This document shows, piece after piece, positions 57,127 to 64,000 of a DNA stretch of 64,000 nucleotides. Below the pieces are notes generated by a model. That model made no database searches and was not told the DNA's origin. It saw only the letters and a list, made by a program, of their open reading frames with translations. Within the stretch, counting starts at the first letter, position 1. Every line of letters starts with the position of its first letter. The stretch is from an uncultured Acidimicrobiia bacterium (lineage in GTDB: Bacteria > Bacteroidota > Bacteroidia > Flavobacteriales > Flavobacteriaceae): the NCBI GenBank assembly GCA_964195455.1, contig CAXMOR010000030.1:502-64501 (forward strand), written 5' to 3'. A program made the position numbers and the translations under genes.

Positions 57127-57933
57127 TTACTGTTCTTTTCCTAATTCTACTGCCCTATTAAATGCAGCAAAAGCAGCGTCTTTTATTAACTCATTTACAT
57201 TATTCTCTTCCATAGAATCTAGCGCTGCCCTTGTTGTTCCTCCTTTTGATGCCACCTTCTCCATCCATGAATTGGGTGATATGTTCGATTGGGCAAAAAG
57301 CTCAATTGCCCCTGAAAAGGTCTGACTTACTAAAACTGTAGAATCCTTTTTTGAAAACCCCATTTTTAATGCGGCTTCCATCATACTTTGCATAAAGTAA
57401 AAAACATATGCAGGCCCGCTGCCGGAGATACCTGTGGAAGCATCTATTAATTTCTCATTAGATACCTGAATTGATTTCCCTGTGGTGTCTAATAAACTTT
57501 CAATAGTTAACATTTCAATTCTAGAAACTTCTGTAGAGACCACGAAAGAAGTTAGTCCTTTACCTATTTGCGCTGGTAAATTAGGCATAGCTCTCACGAT
57601 TTTCTCTACCCCAGTTAATTCTTGAATAGATTTTATAGTGACCCCTGCCATTATCGACACAATAATTTGCTGAGAATTAACAAGAGGCTTGATAGCATCA
57701 AATACATTTACTGAGTGGTACGGCTTTACCGCAATGAAAATAATATCTGCGTTCGGAACACAATCTTCCAGTTTGTTAAAAGTATCAAAATATGATATTT
57801 TCTGAAGTTCCGTAAGCTTTTCTTCAGACTTATCTAAAACCATAATGTTCTTTTTCTTAAGAAGTTTAGATTTAGACATCCCTTCTGCATAGGTCAATCC
57901 CATATTTCCTGCACCAATTACGAGTACTTTCAT
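57127..57933 (-). CDS. proC: Pyrroline-5-carboxylate reductase
   Basis: 268 aa with N-terminal VIGAGNMG and C-terminal SKGGTTRAAL. Confidence 0.92.
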   Translation of the reverse strand: MKVLVIGAGNMGLTYAEGMSKSKLLKKKNIMVLDKSEEKLTELQKISYFDTFNKLEDCVPNADIIFIAVKPYHSVNVFDAIKPLVNSQQIIVSIMAGVTIKSIQELTGVEKIVRAMPNLPAQIGKGLTSFVVSTEVSRIEMLTIESLLDTTGKSIQVSNEKLIDASTGISGSGPAYVFYFMQSMMEAALKMGFSKKDSTVLVSQTFSGAIELFAQSNISPNSWMEKVASKGGTTRAALDSMEENNVNELIKDAAFAAFNRAVELGKEQ

Positions 57934-58258
57934 GTGTTTCTATATTTTATCTAATTTGAATATTGATTTATAAACTTGAGAAAAAAACAATATATATTCC
58001 TTAACATATATTACTCCACCACAATATATTCCGGACTATTAGTGCCAAGTTTTAAGGGTAAACCCAATAAACAGTTTTAATATATCACTTTTAGAGTTAA
58101 CTCAACAATAGCAATACTGTCTATTTTATCTTGGAGATTTTTTATTTTTATGTCCAAAAACATGTGTGATAAACTAAAGAAATAGTTTACCATATAATGC
58201 AAAAAAAAGATATAAACTGAATTTATTTCAGTGACTGGATACTTATTTTAAATATCAA

Positions 58259-59077
58259 TTAAGAGCTCCAGAATTTTCTCTTTTTATTTAATGCAACCTC
58301 TTCTTTTTTAAGTTCTTCTAATTCTTTTACAGATAATACTTTTAGAAATGATGGGTGCTGTTCAATTGCAAACTCAATCTTTGTTACAATATCTGAAATA
58401 TCTTCATGCTCGTAATCAATTTCTAAAGGTTCTTTTATGACCATTGATTGTAAGACATTTTTTCTCTTAATTCGCAGTCCTTTTTTATCAAAAGAACGTC
58501 TGAAGCCATCAATAACAATAGGAACCACAACTGGTTTGTAAGTTTTAATGATATGTGCAGTTCCTCTTCTAATGGGTTTAAAAGGTGTCGTTGTACCTTG
58601 AGGAAATGTAACAACCCAACCATCATCTATTGCTTTTCCAATATTTGTAATATCGGAAGTTTTTACTTGTCTTTTAACATTTTCGCCTGAACTTCTCCAA
58701 GTTCTATCAATAGAAACAGCCCCTGCATAAGCAAATATTTTTGGTAAAAAACCAGATTTCATCGTTTCTCCTGCTGCAACAAAATAAAAATTTAATTTAG
58801 GTTGCCATATATATCCTATATTCTTAATAGTATCCTCTCTACCTTTTAAAGAAGCATTAAAAACATGAAACATAGCGGCAACATCTGCAAAGTAGGTTTG
58901 ATGATTAGAAATAAACAACACTTTTTTATCTGGTAAATCTCTTAATATTTGTGAACCTTCAATTTGAAGGTTATTAAAATTACGATACCTACTATGAGAA
59001 ATAACGCCAAAAAAGCGAATAATCCATTTTTTTATAAATAAATAATGTCCGAAGGGGTTCCTTTTAAATAAAGGCAT
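58259..59077 (-). CDS. Lysophospholipid (1-acyl-sn-glycerol-3-phosphate) acyltransferase family protein
   Basis: 272 aa with an HX4D-type block FISNHQTYFADV and FPQGTT. Confidence 0.8.
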   Translation of the reverse strand: MPLFKRNPFGHYLFIKKWIIRFFGVISHSRYRNFNNLQIEGSQILRDLPDKKVLFISNHQTYFADVAAMFHVFNASLKGREDTIKNIGYIWQPKLNFYFVAAGETMKSGFLPKIFAYAGAVSIDRTWRSSGENVKRQVKTSDITNIGKAIDDGWVVTFPQGTTTPFKPIRRGTAHIIKTYKPVVVPIVIDGFRRSFDKKGLRIKRKNVLQSMVIKEPLEIDYEHEDISDIVTKIEFAIEQHPSFLKVLSVKELEELKKEEVALNKKRKFWSS

Positions 59078-59133
59078 TTCTACTAATTTTTTTTGATTAA
59101 GCTAACAAAACTACAAAACAATTTAGGAACATA

Positions 59134-59760
59134 CTACTTTAAGAGTTCTTTAATTTCTGAGAGCATCATAGCGGTCGCTCCCCAAACTATGTGATCGTTT
59201 AATTTAAAACAAGGTACATCTATATTATTCATATAGGATGTATTCATATTCACAGTAGTCATACTTTCATCATTGAGTAAGTCACTTAATAAAACCTCAA
59301 TTTCTTTCTCAACTTCATGATTTAGAATAAAGTCTGGCTTTTTACCAACAGCACCTAAAAAAGGGGTTGCTAAAAAATTACTCGGTGGTATGTATACATC
59401 TGTTATTTCTCTAATAATTTCTACTGAAGACGATTGCACACCCACTTCCTCCTGAGTTTCTCTTAAGGCAGTCTTTTTTAAGTTGGTATCAGATTTTTCT
59501 GTTTTTCCGCCAGGAAAACTTATTTGTGCAGAATGTATACCTTTATAACTGGCTCTTTTTGTTAATAAAAAACATGTTTCATTCTTTATATTCGGGTAAA
59601 ACAACACCAAAACTGCTGCTTTTTTAGCCGTACTAGTGGCTATTTTAGCTTGATCATACTTTAACCTAAGTTTAGGTGCCATTTTAAATTGAGCCTTTAA
59701 TCCGCCTAGTTTTTCTATTTTTAGAATCTCTATTTTTTTGGTAAAGTCTTTAAAATCCAT
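59134..59760 (-). CDS. NUDIX hydrolase, CoA pyrophosphatase type
   Basis: The Nudix box is GGKTEKSDTNLKKTALRETQEEVGV, preceded by LLTKRAS. Confidence 0.85.
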   Translation of the reverse strand: MDFKDFTKKIEILKIEKLGGLKAQFKMAPKLRLKYDQAKIATSTAKKAAVLVLFYPNIKNETCFLLTKRASYKGIHSAQISFPGGKTEKSDTNLKKTALRETQEEVGVQSSSVEIIREITDVYIPPSNFLATPFLGAVGKKPDFILNHEVEKEIEVLLSDLLNDESMTTVNMNTSYMNNIDVPCFKLNDHIVWGATAMMLSEIKELLK

Positions 59761-59852
59761 TTTGAATAACTACTTTTAACAAACTTATAATTTTCTAACA
59801 CAAAACAATATCTTTTGTCAAGAATTTTGATTTATACAAAACAAATAAGAGT

Positions 59853-60125
59853 ATGAATAAAAAATATGAAAAATTAGGTATCAGTATCTTGTTAGATGTA
59901 ATTGGCTTTTTTACAATGACTCCTATAGATTTAGTTTGGGCACCAATTTCTGGTTATTTAATGACTAAAATGTACAAGGGTACAAAAGGTAAAATTGCAG
60001 GTATTATAAGCTTTTTAGAAGAAATTATTCCTTTTTCAGATTTTATTCCAACATTTACACTTATGTGGTTGTATACCTATGTTTTTAACAAAGATAATTC
60101 TCAAAAAAATGAGAATATTATTTAA
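59853..60125 (+). CDS. Hypothetical small membrane protein
   Basis: 90 aa with two or three hydrophobic segments. Confidence 0.5.
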   Translation: MNKKYEKLGISILLDVIGFFTMTPIDLVWAPISGYLMTKMYKGTKGKIAGIISFLEEIIPFSDFIPTFTLMWLYTYVFNKDNSQKNENII

Positions 60126-60127
60126 GT

Positions 60128-60439
60128 TTAATTTTTCTCTTTAAATAAAAACCCTAAGCCTAATCTACTTAAAAACTTTTTCTCGAAAGCCCAAAAGAAT
60201 TTAAACTGCCCAAATAACCAACCAACAAGTGGCAATGTAAGTTGATAAATAGGAAATATTAATAGGAACCTCAATAGCCAATAAATCCATGCTGAAATTG
60301 TGTCAGGAGATAATCCTAAAAAACTAGTAATTGGTTTTGCAACCCAAGCTGCAAACGAACCGTTTATTGCAAAAACAATAAAAATGGCAATTATAGACCA
60401 ATTCGAATCTATTCCCCAGCGTTCTTTTAATTTATCCAT
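60128..60439 (-). CDS. DUF6787-like small membrane protein
   Basis: 103 aa. It lies 1 nt downstream of lgt on the same strand. Confidence 0.6.
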   Translation of the reverse strand: MDKLKERWGIDSNWSIIAIFIVFAINGSFAAWVAKPITSFLGLSPDTISAWIYWLLRFLLIFPIYQLTLPLVGWLFGQFKFFWAFEKKFLSRLGLGFLFKEKN

Positions 60440-60440
60440 T

Positions 60441-61301
60441 TTATTTTTCAGTTTTATTTGTCTTTCTAAACATTAACCAAAACCCTATTATAACTAAAGG
60501 AATACTCAAAACTTGACCTGTATTCAAAGAGTTTAAAATCCAATCTTCTCTTCCATCTACTTGTGCTTCTTTTAAGAACTCGATAAAGAATCGTAGAGAC
60601 CATAACACAGCCATAAACAAACCAAACAAGAAACCTACTTGCTGTTTTTTATCCGTTTTCCAATACAAATACCACATTACAAAAAACAAAATTAAGTAAC
60701 TAAAAGCTTCGTATAATTGCGTCGGGTGCCTTGCTGTGGTTTCACCTGCTGCTTTGAATATAACACCAAAGTTAGAACCTGTTTCTTTTCCGTAAATTTC
60801 AGAATTAAAAAAGTTTCCTGCTCTAATAAAAAAACCAGCCAAAGCAACCATAATTGCTAATCTATCTAAAATAAATAGCCAGGATTTCTGTAAATGTTTT
60901 TTCGCATAAAAATACATGGTAAAGATAATACCTATTGCTGCTCCGTGACTAGCAAACCCTGTAAAACCTGTAAATTTCCAATCTTTTATCAATCCAAAAA
61001 CAGCACTCTCTCCTATGTGCTTTTTAAAAGGTACAATGATTTCTAATAAATGATGTTGGTAATAATCCCAACTGTAAAAAAACACGTCTCCTAAACGCAT
61101 ACCAATAAGCATAGAAATAAAGGTATACATAAATAAAGTATCCAATTTTTCAACAGGAATTTTATCTTCAATATATATTTTTTTCATTAAGTGTAAACCC
61201 AACAAAAATGCGGTTACAAACATCAAACTATACCAACGAATCACAAAAAAACCTAGATCAATACCTAATGATGGATTCCACTCTATTGCTAAAAAATTCA
61301 T
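60441..61301 (-). CDS. lgt: Prolipoprotein diacylglyceryl transferase
   Basis: 286 aa polytopic protein with GNFFNSEIYG and HPTQLYEA. Confidence 0.92.
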   Translation of the reverse strand: MNFLAIEWNPSLGIDLGFFVIRWYSLMFVTAFLLGLHLMKKIYIEDKIPVEKLDTLFMYTFISMLIGMRLGDVFFYSWDYYQHHLLEIIVPFKKHIGESAVFGLIKDWKFTGFTGFASHGAAIGIIFTMYFYAKKHLQKSWLFILDRLAIMVALAGFFIRAGNFFNSEIYGKETGSNFGVIFKAAGETTARHPTQLYEAFSYLILFFVMWYLYWKTDKKQQVGFLFGLFMAVLWSLRFFIEFLKEAQVDGREDWILNSLNTGQVLSIPLVIIGFWLMFRKTNKTEK

Positions 61302-61397
61302 ATTTTTTTATACTTCTGTTTATCATTGCAAATGTACGAAGGCTATCTGCGACTGCAAAGCAGACGAACTCGTTCTTCTTAATAACAATAACATTAA

Positions 61398-61634
61398 TTA
61401 ATTATTCTTTTTTTCTGGAACAGGATCATAACCACTTCCTCCCCAAGGGTGACAACGACATATTCTTTTCAATGCCAACCAACCACCAGAAAATAAACCA
61501 TGCTTTTCAAACGCTTCAATTGTGTAATGTGAACACGTCGGACTGTATCTGCAAGCTGCTGGTGTATATGGTGAAATTGCGGTTTGATAAAACCGTACTA
61601 ATAAAATGAATGGATATGAAAATATTTTTTTCAA
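61398..61634 (-). CDS. yidD: Membrane protein insertion efficiency factor YidD
   Basis: Has [27 protein letters not shown] and [17 protein letters not shown] at 61634 (MKKIFSY) is preferred because it abuts the cysS stop. The track ORF extends to 61670. Confidence 0.85.
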   Translation of the reverse strand: MKKIFSYPFILLVRFYQTAISPYTPAACRYSPTCSHYTIEAFEKHGLFSGGWLALKRICRCHPWGGSGYDPVPEKKNN

Positions 61635-61635
61635 C

Positions 61636-63114
61636 TTAATTGATTGAAAAAGTTGTGCCTTCTTTACCATCTTTTAACTGAATTCCTAATTCAATTAATT
61701 CATCTCTAATTTGGTCTGATAGTGACCAATCCTTATTTTCTCTTGCCTCTTTTCTTAACTTAATTAGTAACTCTACTACACCATTTATTTTTTTAGAATT
61801 GTCTTGAGAATTTTCATTCATCAAACCTAAAACATCAAAAACAAATTCATTTATAGTTGTTTTAAATACTTCTAAATCGGCTATATTTAAAGTTGCTTTT
61901 TGTTCTTTAATTTGATTAATTATCTTTACAGCTTCAAATAAATGTGCAATTAAAACGGGGGTATTAAAATCGTCATTCATTGCCGAATAACAGTCTTTCT
62001 TCCATTTTTGAACATCAACCGTTGACGTTTTTTCGGCCTCAATTTTATCTATGAAATGAACAGCTTCCATTAATTTTGAATGCCCTTTTTCTGATGCTTC
62101 TAAAGCTTCCCCAGAAAAATCTAAAATACTTCTATAGTTGGCTTGCATGTTAAAAAAACGAACAACACTTGCTGAAAATGGTTTTGGTAGAATATCGTTT
62201 TCTCCAGACAAAATCTCATTTGGTAAAATAAAATTACCTGTAGATTTTGCCATTTTTTGACTATTTAACAATAGCATATTTGTATGCATCCAATAATTTA
62301 CTGGAGTCTTTCCGCTACAAGTTTGGGATTGCGCAATTTCACATTCGTGATGCGGGAATTTTAAATCCATTCCACCTCCGTGAATATCAAAACTTTCGCC
62401 TAAATATTTTGTACTCATTACAGAACATTCTAAATGCCAGCCAGGAAAACCATCGCTCCAAGGTGAAGGCCAGCGCATAATATGGCGTTCATCTGCTTTT
62501 TTCCAAAGGGCAAAATCTTGTGGATTTTTCTTGTCTGACTGTCCATCAAGAGAACGGGTGTTATGAATTAAATCTTCTACTTTTCTTCCAGAAAGAATGC
62601 CATAATGACTCGTTTCATTATATGCTAGTACATCAAAATATACAGAACCATTTACTTCATACGCAAAGCCTTTCTCCAAGATTTCTTTAATCATTTCTAT
62701 CTGCTCAACAATATGACCTGTTGCAGTTGGCTCTATACTTGGTGGTAAAAAATTGTAGTTTTTTAAAACATCATGAAAGTCTACTGTGTAACGCTGAACG
62801 ACTTCCATCGGTTCAATTTTCTCGATACGTGCTTTTTTTGCAATTCTGTCTTCGCCTTCATCTGCATCGTTTTCTAAATGACCTGCATCTGTAATATTAC
62901 GAACATAACGCACTTTATAGCCTAAATGCAGTAAATATCTATATACGACATCAAAGAACATAAAAGTTCTTACATTCCCTAAATGTGCGTTGCTATAAAC
63001 GGTTGGACCACAAACGTACATACCTACATATCCGTTTGTTATGGTTTTAAAATCCTCTTTTTTTTTCGATAAAGAGTTGTATACTTTAAGATGATTTTCT
63101 TTGTAGCGTTCCAT
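61636..63114 (-). CDS. cysS: Cysteine--tRNA ligase
   Basis: 492 aa with the HIGH-type motif NAHLGNVRT and the KMSKS-type motif KMAKSTGN. Confidence 0.95.
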   Translation of the reverse strand: MERYKENHLKVYNSLSKKKEDFKTITNGYVGMYVCGPTVYSNAHLGNVRTFMFFDVVYRYLLHLGYKVRYVRNITDAGHLENDADEGEDRIAKKARIEKIEPMEVVQRYTVDFHDVLKNYNFLPPSIEPTATGHIVEQIEMIKEILEKGFAYEVNGSVYFDVLAYNETSHYGILSGRKVEDLIHNTRSLDGQSDKKNPQDFALWKKADERHIMRWPSPWSDGFPGWHLECSVMSTKYLGESFDIHGGGMDLKFPHHECEIAQSQTCSGKTPVNYWMHTNMLLLNSQKMAKSTGNFILPNEILSGENDILPKPFSASVVRFFNMQANYRSILDFSGEALEASEKGHSKLMEAVHFIDKIEAEKTSTVDVQKWKKDCYSAMNDDFNTPVLIAHLFEAVKIINQIKEQKATLNIADLEVFKTTINEFVFDVLGLMNENSQDNSKKINGVVELLIKLRKEARENKDWSLSDQIRDELIELGIQLKDGKEGTTFSIN

Positions 63115-63473
63115 TAAAAAGTGACTATTAACAATCGATAAATATAGGCACTTTATAAGGAATAACGAAATGGAATTTATGAGAAATTTAGTAAATTTAA
63201 AACTAGCTTTTTAAAGCTATATTTTCATTACTCGTTATAATATAAAAACCAAATAATGAATAAACAATTTCTTATTATCGACTGATACAATTTTAGTATC
63301 TGCTAACCTGTTTTTAAATAATTCACACGCAATTAAAGAACTAATGCCAACGATTCTTTTAAGAGTTTTCGTTTTTTGTAGAAGTATTTTTCTGTCGCTG
63401 AAATTTTTAGACCTTAAAATCCTTCCAATTATTCTATAAATAGCTTATTTTTACTTTAAAATGTTTATTTTAA

Positions 63474-64000
63474 ATGGAAAAAAAAACGTCTTCTTTACAA
63501 GAAAAAGAGGGGATTTCTAAGCCCAAAACTACTGATAAAGTAAGTGCAGAAAAAATAAAATTAAGCAGAGCTAAACAAAACTCTATAGATGAATATGTAA
63601 CCAAAATCCTGGAAGGAAATATACCATTTTTAAGCAGAGCTATTACTTTGGTAGAAAGTACCAATGCGAAACATCAACAAAAAGCAAATGAAATTCTAGA
63701 ACGCTGCTTACCCTTTGCAAACAATTCGGTAAGAATAGGAATTACAGGAGTTCCGGGGGTTGGAAAAAGCACATTTATTGAAGCTTTTGGAAAACATTTA
63801 ACAGCGCAAGGCAAAAAGGTCGCTGTGCTCGCTGTAGACCCAAGTAGTTCAGTGAACAAGGGCTCTATTTTAGGAGATAAAACAAGAATGGAAGAGTTGG
63901 TTACTGATAAAAATGCTTTTATTAGACCTTCTCCATCGGGTACCTCTTTGGGTGGTGTTGCAAAAAAAACACGCGAAAGCATTATACTCTGCGAAGCTGC
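63474..64000 (+). CDS. meaB: Methylmalonyl-CoA mutase-associated G-protein (MeaB/ArgK), 5' part; continues beyond the window end
   Basis: Absent from the ORF track because it is open-ended. Translation from ATG 63474 gives ...[12 protein letters not shown]...[20 protein letters not shown]...[10 protein letters not shown]...[10 protein letters not shown]. Confidence 0.85.
   Translation, partial: MEKKTSSLQEKEGISKPKTTDKVSAEKIKLSRAKQNSIDEYVTKILEGNIPFLSRAITLVESTNAKHQQKANEILERCLPFANNSVRIGITGVPGVGKSTFIEAFGKHLTAQGKKVAVLAVDPSSSVNKGSILGDKTRMEELVTDKNAFIRPSPSGTSLGGVAKKTRESIILCEA

Noticed and set aside
58077-58193. 38-codon minus-strand ORF in the 325-bp spacer upstream of proC. A 28-aa ORF also lies in the 290-bp spacer downstream of proC, at about 56970..57056.
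   Set aside because: Both are short, have no motif and show no clear ribosome-binding or promoter context. I note only that proC is flanked by unusually long spacers.
61208-61609. 133-aa plus-strand ORF across the lgt start and yidD.
   Set aside because: It lies antisense to two conserved genes and has no motif.
63240-63437. Two adjacent stop-free minus-strand frames, ...IIGRILRSKNFSDRKILLQK and RIVGISSLIACELFKNRLADTKIVSVDNKKLFIHYLVFIL. They are offset by one nt at a T5 run in the cysS / meaB divergent spacer.
   Set aside because: There is no start codon and I cannot assign a family. It may be a gene remnant, but the evidence is insufficient to annotate it as a pseudogene.

Overview
This is an AT-rich, densely coding chromosomal segment that reads like core genome of a marine Flavobacteriaceae (Bacteroidota). 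That taxon call is an inference from three things: a T9SS-type C-terminal sorting domain, promoters of the form TTG-N17-19-TAnnTTTG, and flavobacterial DUF families. I support about 60 CDS, and most are housekeeping: secA, ftsK, prfB, fumC, hisS, cysS, folE, nadC, proC, lgt, yidD, rlmH, rdgB, tpx, a ribB fusion, and LolA/Lpt genes. I found no rRNA, tRNA, CRISPR array, transposase, integrase or recognisable defence gene.

The accessory-looking content is:
- a zeaxanthin-type carotenoid operon (crtI-crtB-crtZ-crtY) headed by a MerR regulator that carries the AdoB12-photoreceptor motifs Wx9EH and ExHxxG. It sits back-to-back with an ECF sigma factor and a membrane partner.
- a 1587-aa T9SS-secreted GH81-like beta-1,3-glucanase with many appended modules, including two copies of an unassigned Cys-framed 104-aa module.
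- tandem M1 metallopeptidase paralogs behind a DUF6702 gene.
- a multi-module LRR surface protein cut by the window start.
- two gene-poor, apparently decayed stretches (750..2148 and 50241..51842).

I do not see a clear-cut novel multi-gene system such as a defence island, a mobile element or a biosynthetic cluster of unknown type. The best candidate for something not yet characterised experimentally in this lineage is the B12/light-sensing regulator, ECF sigma and carotenoid module. The duplicated unknown module of the GH81 enzyme comes second. All coordinates, motif positions and repeat counts were read by eye from the sequence. No database search was run.
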